DNA from: Verrucomicrobiales bacterium
GTDB taxonomy: Bacteria; Verrucomicrobiota; Verrucomicrobiia; Verrucomicrobiales; DEV007
NCBI GenBank assembly: GCA_037969585.1
Contig: JBBKXR010000163.1
Location: forward strand, 17,553-81,552
DNA: 64,000 bases
Direction of reading: 5' to 3'
The notes under the pieces are model-generated. The model saw only the letters and a program-made list of their open reading frames with translations. It was not told the origin of the DNA and did no database searches. Shown here one piece after another: positions 26,785-34,874 of the stretch. A program made the position numbers and the translations under genes. Positions within the stretch are counted from its first letter, which is position 1. Each line of letters starts with the position of its first letter.

Positions 26785-28638
26785 ATGAGAATCAACAAGA
26801 GCACTTCTAAACGTGTGGCTGGCGCCTTTTTGGCTGTAGTCGCCGTTGCAGCTTTACTCCCCGGCATCGCATCCGCGCAGTCTATCGTGACCGACCCTCT
26901 GGGAACGGAATACTTGGTCGACGCCCTGCCGCCATCGATGCAGCGCGACGTCATGCTGACCCAGGAAAATCTGGAACTCGGCACCACCAGCGAAGGCCCG
27001 CTTAAGGTTGACGGCTTGGGCCGAATTTATCTGACTACCGACGATCAAAGCAGTGGCCTCAGTCGCGATTCTCTGGTCGACAGCCTTCGTGGCGTGGTGC
27101 TCGTGACTCGCCCCGGCGACGTCCGTGCGGATGGTTGGCCTGGTGTGCAGGGTGTTTGGCACGACTTTGATGACTTTCCGCCTGAAGTTGGCGTGGTGCT
27201 TTCAGCCTACCTCAATCAGCCGGTGTCGCTGGCCTCGCTGGATGCGATGCTTAAGGACGCCATTCGCGCCTACCGTGGCGGTGGTCGCCCCGTGGTCGAT
27301 ATCTCGTTGCCCGAACAGGACATCACCTCCGGTGTAGTTCAGTTGGTGGTGGTCGAAGGTCGCCTCGGTCGTATTCGTGTTGAAGGCGTTGACGCCGAAG
27401 CCGAAGAGTACCTGCGCGGTCAAGTTCGCTTAAGGAAGGGCGATGTCCTCGATAGCGGTCAAATTTCCCGCGATCTGAACTGGCTCAACAAGAGCCCTTA
27501 CCGCAAGGTCGACCTGATTTACGCACCGGGTTTTGAGTTCGGTGAGACTGACATCATTCTCCGTGCTCTGGAAAGTGATCCTGTGTTTTTCTACCTCGGC
27601 TACGAAGACTCGGGCACCGAGCAACTTGGAACGGACCGGATGATCTTCGGTGCCAACTGGGGAAATGCTTTCGGCCCCGACCAATCGCTGAGCTATCAGC
27701 TGACCAGCGACTTTGAGTTCGATCGCGTCCGGGGTCACTCGGTTGTCTACACGGGTCCTAACCGCCTGCAGCATTACGTGACCTTGTTGGCCTCTTATGT
27801 TGATGTGAATACCACCATCCCGGTGCAGGACACCTCGATCGCCATCGGCGGAGAGAACTATCAGTTCAGTGGCCGTTACGCAGTTCCTCTGTCTTGGGCA
27901 CCGCTCGGCCAGACTCACGAGATGCAGTTTGGTTTCGACTTTAAGTCGAGCAACAACAATCTCGAATTCGGCGGCGAAGAAGTGTTCGACACGACGACGC
28001 AGATCTTCCAGATTTCGGCAGGTTACAACGTGCTCGTGCAAGACAGCTTGGGTCTGACCAAGATCGAGGCCACTGGTTACTACAGCCCCGGCGGTCTGAC
28101 CAGCTCCAACGAGGACGAAGCATTCCAGCAGGCTCGCAACGACGCTTCCTCGCAGTATCTTTACGGTATCATCCGTGCCGAGCGCCAACAGGTCTTGCCT
28201 GAAGGCTTCTCCCTGCGTCTGAAAGGTAGCTTGCAAGGGTCTGACGGTAACCTGCTTGCCAGTGAGCAGTTGGGTGCCGGTGGTTACGATTCGGTCCGCG
28301 GTTACGATCAGCGGGTTGCCCGTGGCGATAACGGTGTCGCTACCACGGTTGAGCTCTACACTCCTGCGACTTCGATCGGCGAGCACATGCGCTGGAAGAA
28401 CGAAACTGACGAGTTGCGCTTCCTTGGTTTCCTCGACTTCGCCAATCTGTCGAATGTCGACCGCGTCGAAGACGAGCCGAGCAGCTTCACATTGCTCAGT
28501 GTCGGTGCCGGTCTTCGCTGGCGCTACAGCGACTGGTTCCGGGTTCGCCTCGACTACGGTATCCCACTTGATACTTCAGGACTGGACGGAGTCGACGACA
28601 GTGGCCGTATCCACATCGGTGCCACGGCGAACTTCTAA
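26785..28638 (+). CDS. ShlB/FhaC/HecB-family two-partner-secretion outer-membrane transporter (TpsB)
   Basis: Signal peptide MRINKSTSKRVAGAFLAVVAVAALLPGIASAQ, POTRA-type VVQLVVVEGRLGRIRVEG, barrel motif EQLGAGGYDSVRGY and a C-terminal aromatic end (...IGATANF) are present. Confidence 0.88.
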   Translation: MRINKSTSKRVAGAFLAVVAVAALLPGIASAQSIVTDPLGTEYLVDALPPSMQRDVMLTQENLELGTTSEGPLKVDGLGRIYLTTDDQSSGLSRDSLVDSLRGVVLVTRPGDVRADGWPGVQGVWHDFDDFPPEVGVVLSAYLNQPVSLASLDAMLKDAIRAYRGGGRPVVDISLPEQDITSGVVQLVVVEGRLGRIRVEGVDAEAEEYLRGQVRLRKGDVLDSGQISRDLNWLNKSPYRKVDLIYAPGFEFGETDIILRALESDPVFFYLGYEDSGTEQLGTDRMIFGANWGNAFGPDQSLSYQLTSDFEFDRVRGHSVVYTGPNRLQHYVTLLASYVDVNTTIPVQDTSIAIGGENYQFSGRYAVPLSWAPLGQTHEMQFGFDFKSSNNNLEFGGEEVFDTTTQIFQISAGYNVLVQDSLGLTKIEATGYYSPGGLTSSNEDEAFQQARNDASSQYLYGIIRAERQQVLPEGFSLRLKGSLQGSDGNLLASEQLGAGGYDSVRGYDQRVARGDNGVATTVELYTPATSIGEHMRWKNETDELRFLGFLDFANLSNVDRVEDEPSSFTLLSVGAGLRWRYSDWFRVRLDYGIPLDTSGLDGVDDSGRIHIGATANF

Positions 28639-28664
28639 TTCGACTTGAAATTAATTCTCACAAA

Positions 28665-28700
28665 GACCCGTCAGCCTTGCAGGTTGGCGGGTCTTTTTGT
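28665..28700 (+). terminator. Rho-independent terminator of the TpsB gene
   Basis: gacccgtcagc-cttgcag-gttggcgggtc (11-bp stem with two G-U pairs) followed by tttttgtg, 27 nt after the stop. Confidence 0.75.
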
Positions 28701-28730
28701 GTCTGTGGAGGGTTATTCGGCGAGGGAAAT

Positions 28731-29630
28731 GTGACCAGCCAAGTTCAAATTTTGTCGTTAGCCGCGGTGGCCGTTGCGGTGTCGTTTTGTGGCGGCTGTG
28801 TCGCACCGAAGGCAACTCTAATTGGACAGGATAAATCGTTTCAGCCGTACGAAGAACTCTCGGTCGGCGGCCAATCAATGAGAAATTATGTTCTGCTGCG
28901 GACTGCCGCTGTGATTTCTGGAGAGGGGCTTGAGCTGAAGGAGTTTCGCAACAACTCTTTTTCGGCAGACGGCACGCCGCAGGAGGTCTCCGCCAAGGTG
29001 TACTTCAAGCCTGGAGTAAAAAAAATCGCCATGGGCTCTGCCGCGGCCGTTGATCGCCGCGGCTATCTCGTTACCGCCGCGCACTGTATCGAGGAGGGTG
29101 GTATAGAAGTGGATGTCTTCTTGATGTTCTCCAGATCCAAGGCGCTTCAAGTCCTCAAAAAGGCGAGGATCGTGTGGAGCGGTCGAGACCCATCCGGCAA
29201 TGGACTCGATTTCGCTGTACTGAAAATCGCAAGTCCCTTGAACTACGTTTTCGAATGGGGACCCATGCCTGAAAATGACGAATCGGTGCTGGGCGTTGGT
29301 GTTAGCAATGAAGCGGATTCTACAGCGCTTAGCATAATGGCAGCTTTCGGAGGAAGGGTGCTTACTACCTATGAACGCCAGAAGTCCGGAGTCAAAAGTG
29401 CGATAATTTGCCACGACTGCCCACTGCGCGAAGGCAACAGCGGAGGGCCGCTCATCAATCGAGAGGGGCAGCTGTTGGGTGCCAATTTTGCGGTGTATAG
29501 ATCAGTTGAATCGTTCGTGATGGGATACAAGCATGGTAGCTACGCGGCTCGGCCCGATGCCGAGTGGCTGGCGGAATTGATCGAGCAGGACTATGCTGCG
29601 CTCACCGGAAAAATGGGCCGCAATCCGTAG
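28731..29630 (+). CDS. Trypsin-like (S1 family) serine protease, probable lipoprotein
   Basis: Catalytic triad contexts LVTAAHCI (His), DFAVLKI (Asp) and GNSGGPLI (Ser) are present. GTG 28731, preceded by cgagggaaat, gives MTSQVQILSLAAVAVAVSFCGGC (lipobox-like). The ORF-track start 28677 would overlap the upstream terminator. Confidence 0.8.
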   Translation: MTSQVQILSLAAVAVAVSFCGGCVAPKATLIGQDKSFQPYEELSVGGQSMRNYVLLRTAAVISGEGLELKEFRNNSFSADGTPQEVSAKVYFKPGVKKIAMGSAAAVDRRGYLVTAAHCIEEGGIEVDVFLMFSRSKALQVLKKARIVWSGRDPSGNGLDFAVLKIASPLNYVFEWGPMPENDESVLGVGVSNEADSTALSIMAAFGGRVLTTYERQKSGVKSAIICHDCPLREGNSGGPLINREGQLLGANFAVYRSVESFVMGYKHGSYAARPDAEWLAELIEQDYAALTGKMGRNP

Positions 29631-29664
29631 AGGCATTGGTGGGGTCATCAAAGTGGTTCGTGGT

Positions 29665-29691
29665 GCCGGGAAAATCCCGGCTTGTCGATTT
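29665..29691 (+). terminator. Terminator-like hairpin after the protease gene
   Basis: GCCGGGA-aaa-TCCCGGC (perfect 7-bp stem) followed by ttgtcgattt. It ends only 12 nt before the sulfatase ATG at 29703, so its role (terminator or 5' structure) is ambiguous. Confidence 0.4.
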
Positions 29692-29702
29692 CGGCGTGGC
29701 AG

Positions 29703-31286
29703 ATGAAAGTCTTGGCTATGATGACAATCTGCCTGGCTCGATTTTTGAAATGCTGCGCCCTTGTTGTCGCGGTGTATTCGCTAATTTTGGCGTCATCGCA
29801 ACCCTGCCGGGCGGCGGATGCAATGCCAAACATCGTGCTTATTCTCGTCGATGACCTCGGCTGGACGGACGTCGGCTGTTTTGGCAATTCGTGGGTCGAG
29901 ACGCCAGCTATTGATCGACTCGCGGCTGATGGTGTTCGCTTTACTGAGTTCTACGCCAATGGAGCGGTTTGCTCACCGACGCGCGCGGCGCTGCAATCGG
30001 GGCAGTATCAGAATCGCTTCGCACTGACCGCGCACATACCGGGGCACTGGCGACCCTTTGAAAAGGTAAGGCAACCGTCGAACGCCCAGTTCATGCCCGG
30101 GGAGATTGTCACCATTGCAGAGGCTCTGAAACAGGGAGGTTATCGAACGGGCTACTTCGGTAAATGGCATCTCGGCTCGAAGCCGGAGCATCTACCCCAG
30201 GCGCAGGGTTACGATCGGGTGACGCTGATCGGCGGCAGTCATTTCTTTCCCGGCTTTCGCACCCAGCCGAAGCAAGAACTCGAGCGGGGCACCTACCAAA
30301 CCGAGTTTATCGCCGACGAGGTTGATGATTATCTCGAGGCTGAAGCCAAGCAGGAAGCGCCGTTCTTTGCCATGGTATCGCCGTTCGCGGTGCATATTCC
30401 GCTGCAGGCGCAGGCTGCGAAGATCGCCAAGTACGAAAACAAGCCGCGCCCGGATGGAATGATCATGCACCCGGTGTATGCGGCGATGGTCGAGCACGTC
30501 GACGATCTGGTTGGCCGAATTGTCGGCAAAATCGATGAGCTGGGAGTTGCTGAAAACACCATGGTCATTTTTACCTCCGACAATGGCGGGCTCTACACTC
30601 GCTACGACGGACAGGGCCACATCGTTACCAGCAACGCACCGCTGCGCGACGAGAAGGGAGCTCCCTATGAAGGAGGTGTTCGCATCCCAACCATCGTGCG
30701 TTTTCCGGGTGTGGCGAAGGGCGGCGATGTCTGCTCGGAACCCACTATGAGCATGGATTTCTATCCGACTCTGCTCGAAGCGGCAGGCATCGAAGTGCCT
30801 GCGGCAGATGGGCAGGCGCAAATGCTCGACGGTATGAGTCTCTTGCCATTGCTCAAGGATCCGTCAGCTACGTTGAAGCGCGAGGCGATCTATTGGCACT
30901 ACCCACACTATCACCATTCGCGGCCGAGCAGTTCGGTGCGCGCGGGAAAATACAAGCTGATTCATTTCTACGACGATGATTTGGTCGAACTCTATGACCT
31001 GGAGACTGACATAGGTGAAGCTCACGACCTTGCCGCCAAACGCCCGGACGAAGCGGGGCGGATCAAAGGCCTGCTCGATGCGTGGCGCGAGGACACCGGA
31101 TCGCTGGCGCCTCAGTGGAATGATCGTTATCGGGCCGACCGCGCTGCCGAGTGGTGGAGCAAAATGGAGCTTGTTCCCATCGATTTACCGGCGACGCGTG
31201 AGTCGATTCTGAGCCTGCCTTTCGACGGCCCGCCGGTGGCAGCCAAGCCCAAAGCGGCAGCGAAACCGTCGACTCCTCAGAAATAG
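29703..31286 (+). CDS. Exported S1-family sulfatase
   Basis: Leader MKVLAMMTICLARFLKCCALVVAVYSLILASSQPCRA, then PNIVLILVDDLGWTD, the canonical AVCSPTRAALQSGQY, FTSDNGG and a C-terminal Ala/Lys/Pro tail. Start is 29703 or 29718. Confidence 0.9.
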   Translation: MKVLAMMTICLARFLKCCALVVAVYSLILASSQPCRAADAMPNIVLILVDDLGWTDVGCFGNSWVETPAIDRLAADGVRFTEFYANGAVCSPTRAALQSGQYQNRFALTAHIPGHWRPFEKVRQPSNAQFMPGEIVTIAEALKQGGYRTGYFGKWHLGSKPEHLPQAQGYDRVTLIGGSHFFPGFRTQPKQELERGTYQTEFIADEVDDYLEAEAKQEAPFFAMVSPFAVHIPLQAQAAKIAKYENKPRPDGMIMHPVYAAMVEHVDDLVGRIVGKIDELGVAENTMVIFTSDNGGLYTRYDGQGHIVTSNAPLRDEKGAPYEGGVRIPTIVRFPGVAKGGDVCSEPTMSMDFYPTLLEAAGIEVPAADGQAQMLDGMSLLPLLKDPSATLKREAIYWHYPHYHHSRPSSSVRAGKYKLIHFYDDDLVELYDLETDIGEAHDLAAKRPDEAGRIKGLLDAWREDTGSLAPQWNDRYRADRAAEWWSKMELVPIDLPATRESILSLPFDGPPVAAKPKAAAKPSTPQK

Positions 31287-31382
31287 CGGACGTTCCCGCG
31301 AGGCGGCTGCGGCGAAATTCCTTTTGCGTGACCGCCGATTCTCGGTCAGAATGGCGCAGATTTCGGTAAATCGCTTTTCACT

Positions 31383-31709
31383 ATGTACATTCCCGATCCA
31401 AATCGTCTCGTCTACTGGGCGAACATCGAGTTCAGCTACGATGAGGGATCAAAGTACCACGGTGAGTTTGAGGGCGGTTTTGTCTATGCATTCGTGCAGG
31501 CACTCGATGTCCGTGATGCGCTCGAGCAGTTTCAGCTGGAGTTTGCCGGCCGCAAGTTAGGCATGCGCATGGTCGAGTTCATCACCCTCTACGCCGAAGT
31601 GCCGTGGCAAACCGATGAGGACCAGGAGCATTTCGACCGCATCGCCGCGTCGGCTGCCTCATCCGAAGAAGTTGTGTTCGACAGCTTCGACGTTTACGAG
31701 CGGCGGTAG
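31383..31709 (+). CDS. Small acidic hypothetical protein (108 aa)
   Basis: Protein-like composition (FVYAFVQALDVRDALEQFQLEF..., acidic C-terminus). No recognisable motif and no obvious SD sequence. Confidence 0.5.
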   Translation: MYIPDPNRLVYWANIEFSYDEGSKYHGEFEGGFVYAFVQALDVRDALEQFQLEFAGRKLGMRMVEFITLYAEVPWQTDEDQEHFDRIAASAASSEEVVFDSFDVYERR

Positions 31710-31730
31710 GGGATTTGATTGTCCGAAATA

Positions 31731-32528
31731 TCAATTGCCGTCGATGACGAGGGCATTTAGCAAATGCTCGTAGCTGGTGATGGTCGGCTCGAAAGAGTCG
31801 TTCGCCTGCGCGGTCAGCCAAGCTTCCACTTCGGCACACTCATCGCCTAGCGAGAAGAGCATTTTGCCTTGCGGAATGTCCGCGTAGATCGAATCAGGAA
31901 GGTCTGGATGGTGGATCTCGAAGCGACCGTTGATCGCGTATTTGCCATCGTTGCTGAATCCCTGGGTGACCAGCACCAGCATATCGTTGTTGACGGGGGA
32001 GTCAGTAGGTCCCTGAACATAGGTGGTCAGGAACATCACCGCGTTGCCCCATGGAAATTCGACGTGGCGAAATTTGCCGTGAAAGCTACGACCGCCGTTT
32101 ATCCAGGGGATTTCTCCAATCTGTCCTGACGTGAATTGACTGAAAGTCTCTGCATCTGTGTTTTTTCCCAACGCCAGAAATGTTGTCCATTCTTCAATCG
32201 ATTCGCCAAAACCATCGTAGTAGTTCTCAGGGTGTTCGATGCTTACAACATGCAGGGTGCCAGCAGCTGGAGTGAAATAGCGCGGATCTTTGTTGCGGAG
32301 GGGATGGATTCTTTTTACGTGGGTGGAGACACCCGACGACACATCAGGGGGAGACTGTGAAGATGGATAGTTGCCCATCAGCGTTTGGGGCTGGTGGACC
32401 ACAAATTCTCCGATCTCAAGGCCCGACTCGTTCGGCAGTATTTCGACTCGCGGAATATTTTCGGTGGTCGAGCAGGAGCAGACGACTGCCCAAAGTAGTG
32501 TAAGCGGGAGGTTGTCGAAAACCTTCAT
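31731..32528 (-). CDS. Hypothetical lipoprotein
   Basis: MKVFDNLPLTLLWAVVCSCSTTEN (lipobox-like VVCSC). 265 aa, no motif recognised. Locally low GC. Confidence 0.6.
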   Translation of the reverse strand: MKVFDNLPLTLLWAVVCSCSTTENIPRVEILPNESGLEIGEFVVHQPQTLMGNYPSSQSPPDVSSGVSTHVKRIHPLRNKDPRYFTPAAGTLHVVSIEHPENYYDGFGESIEEWTTFLALGKNTDAETFSQFTSGQIGEIPWINGGRSFHGKFRHVEFPWGNAVMFLTTYVQGPTDSPVNNDMLVLVTQGFSNDGKYAINGRFEIHHPDLPDSIYADIPQGKMLFSLGDECAEVEAWLTAQANDSFEPTITSYEHLLNALVIDGN

Positions 32529-32541
32529 AGAGTAGCGATTT

Positions 32542-33459
32542 TTACTCAGCCGCCTTATCCAAACCCGTTGCGTGTAGCCAGTCGGCGCAAAGTTTTGGCC
32601 AGGAACCGACAGGCAGCTCTTTGTTCTTCATTATGCCGAAGCCGTGGCCACCTTCGGCGAAGGCGTGCATTTCCACCGGAACTTTGAGGCGCTGAAGTTC
32701 GAGGTAGAGACGGGCGCTGCTTGAGGCCCAATGGTCGTTGCTGGCGACGGCGAGGAAAGTCGGCTGGCTGTTTTTATCAAAAGCCAACTCCGGTGAGAGT
32801 TTGTCGGGATCATTTTCATCGACGAGGTAGGCCGGATAAATCAGAACGCCGAAATCGGGGCGGCAGCTGACGTTGTCGATCGCCGGATCGAGCGGATAAG
32901 TGCGCTCCGGATCGCTCATCGCCATCGCCGCCAGATGACCGCCGGCCGAAAAGCCGAGGACGCCGATTCGCTGCGGGTCGATTTGCCATTTTTCGGCGTT
33001 GGTGCGCATCAGGCTGATCGCTCGCTGTGCGTCCTGCAGGGGAGCATGGTGTTTTTCAAGGCCTTCGCGGCGAGGCACTCGATACTTTAAAAGCACGGCG
33101 GTGAACCCCACTTCATTCAGCCAATTGCACACCGCCGAGCCTTCGTGCTCACTGGCGAGAATGCCGTAGCCGCCGCCGGGGCAGATAAGAATGGCCGCAC
33201 CGTTGGACCTTTCCTTTGCTGCTGGGAACACCTGCAGAGTCGGGGCACTGACATTTGAGGTGCGTTCGATACCGTCCTCTTTGTTTTTGCCGCCGATCTC
33301 AATCTTTTCCTCTGCGATGTCGCCCTTCTCGCCCGGAGCCTTGTCACTCCACAACAATATGGGTTCGTCCGGTGCGGCAACCATCGGAGCAGGAGCAATG
33401 GCAAGGATTGAGGCAGCAAGCAGTGCGGTTGAAGAGAATAAAATTCGGGATATAGCCAT
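32542..33459 (-). CDS. Exported alpha/beta-hydrolase-fold esterase
   Basis: Signal peptide MAISRILFSSTALLAASILAIAPAPMVAA, oxyanion-type ICPGGGYG, nucleophile elbow GFSAGGHLA and C-terminal GGHGF are present. Confidence 0.8.
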   Translation of the reverse strand: MAISRILFSSTALLAASILAIAPAPMVAAPDEPILLWSDKAPGEKGDIAEEKIEIGGKNKEDGIERTSNVSAPTLQVFPAAKERSNGAAILICPGGGYGILASEHEGSAVCNWLNEVGFTAVLLKYRVPRREGLEKHHAPLQDAQRAISLMRTNAEKWQIDPQRIGVLGFSAGGHLAAMAMSDPERTYPLDPAIDNVSCRPDFGVLIYPAYLVDENDPDKLSPELAFDKNSQPTFLAVASNDHWASSSARLYLELQRLKVPVEMHAFAEGGHGFGIMKNKELPVGSWPKLCADWLHATGLDKAAE

Positions 33460-33656
33460 GCGCCTAAAGAATCAGGTTTTTCTTTCCGGAGCTACGCAAT
33501 TTTGTAAGAGATTGGGGGACTTAGGAGTCTAAGCAGATGACGAAGCGAACCCGAAAAGAATGAGCTCGAGGCTCGCTTCAGAGACGAAAATGGCAGGAAA
33601 TCACCGTTTTTGACCGATTTATGGAAAAAATCGCAAAATTTGTGAACATTTCGTGC

Positions 33657-33673
33657 TGTAAGATTGTCTTACA
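33657..33673. promoter_or_regulatory. Perfect 7-3-7 inverted repeat TGTAAGAttgTCTTACA (candidate operator) upstream of the lipid-catabolism operon
   Basis: Read directly from the sequence. It lies in an AT-rich 282-nt intergenic region about 70 nt upstream of ATG 33742. It overlaps a TACAAT hexamer (33670..33675). Confidence 0.35.
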
Positions 33674-33741
33674 ATATGACGGTATGCTTTAGTATAGGGG
33701 AGCACCGCTAAGATTTCCTCAAAGCCCAACCCAGAACGACG

Positions 33742-34854
33742 ATGCGAGAATTTTTCCAAATCAATGAGCGATCGAGCCGCCGCCGGTGGTTTCCGTGGCG
33801 TTTGTTGCCGTGGGGTAAAGGTGGTCGTGGAATAGGAAAATTGATGGCCGGCGAAATCGATACTCCGGATGGCCCGCTTTGTTGCGAAGGTTCGCCTCCG
33901 CGCCCCAGCGTCGGTCTGGCGCTTTCCTCCGGTGGAGCCAAAGGCCTTGCCCACATTGGTGTCATTCAGGTGCTCGAAGAAAACGGAATCGAAATTGATG
34001 CCGTTGCCGGAGCCAGCATGGGCGCCTACGTCGGGGCGATGTGGGCTGCCGGCCAGGATGGTAAAAAATTGGAATCGCTGGCAGCGGAGATGAAGACTTC
34101 CAAAGATTTGCTCGGTCTGGTCGATCCGGTGCTTCCGCCCCGGCGCGGGTTTATTCGCGGATCGAAAATTGAGGAGCGGTTGCGCGGCACCATCGGCGAC
34201 ATCACCTTCGAGGAACTGGTGCGTCCACTATCGGTCGTTGCAACCGAACTCGACGGCTACCGTCGGGTAATTTTTGAAACTGGCGACGTGGCGTCGGCGG
34301 TTCGCGCCAGTCTATCGATTCCCGGTATTCTCACACCAACGTTTCGCGACGGAGTCGAGTACATGGATGGTGGCGTCTGCGATCCCTTGCCGGTGGGCGT
34401 GCTGCGTAAGAAAGGTCTCGATGTGGTGATCGCGGTGAGTGTGATTCCTTCGCTGAAAGATCTCCCCGAAGAGGGACGGGAGCCTCTCGATCGGCTTGAC
34501 CAACGGTTTCCGTCCTGGTGGCGGCGTGGCTTGTCGTGGTTCAATCACAAGGCCAATTACTTTGCTAAGGGCAACCTGTTCGACATCCTTCGCGGTGCGG
34601 CGTTCGGATCGCAATTGCGTCTCGCGGAAGCCAGCGCGGCGAAGGCTGACGTGTTGATTCGTCCGGTGACAACGCACTGCCGCTGGCACGATTACACCGC
34701 CTGGCGCGAGTACATTGACGTCGGCCGCCGTGCTGCTGAGGAGGCGTTGCCGCAGATTCGCGCACTGATCACGGCTGCCGGGTCGAAAAATAAATCTGAG
34801 CACCACTCGCCAGCACCAGGCGAGCGGTTAGCCGAAATCGAAAAAGTGCATTAG
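33742..34854 (+). CDS. Patatin-like phospholipase (RssA-like)
   Basis: GLALSSGGAKGLAHIGV (GGxKG oxyanion), GASMGA (GxSxG) and MDGGVCDPLP (Asp of the catalytic dyad) are present. An alternative start is ATG 33844. Confidence 0.85.
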   Translation: MREFFQINERSSRRRWFPWRLLPWGKGGRGIGKLMAGEIDTPDGPLCCEGSPPRPSVGLALSSGGAKGLAHIGVIQVLEENGIEIDAVAGASMGAYVGAMWAAGQDGKKLESLAAEMKTSKDLLGLVDPVLPPRRGFIRGSKIEERLRGTIGDITFEELVRPLSVVATELDGYRRVIFETGDVASAVRASLSIPGILTPTFRDGVEYMDGGVCDPLPVGVLRKKGLDVVIAVSVIPSLKDLPEEGREPLDRLDQRFPSWWRRGLSWFNHKANYFAKGNLFDILRGAAFGSQLRLAEASAAKADVLIRPVTTHCRWHDYTAWREYIDVGRRAAEEALPQIRALITAAGSKNKSEHHSPAPGERLAEIEKVH

Positions 34855-34874
34855 TCGCCTTACCGGAGTCCGTC

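Noticed and set aside
27430-28386. 318-aa ORF antisense to the TpsB gene
   Set aside because: It is fully embedded in a well-supported gene on the other strand, has no motifs and looks low-complexity. Treated as a GC-driven artefact.
28677-28730. Upstream TTG start of the protease ORF given by the ORF track
   Set aside because: This start would place the first codons inside the TpsB terminator hairpin and U-tract. GTG 28731 has an SD-like gagggaaat and gives a lipoprotein-type leader.
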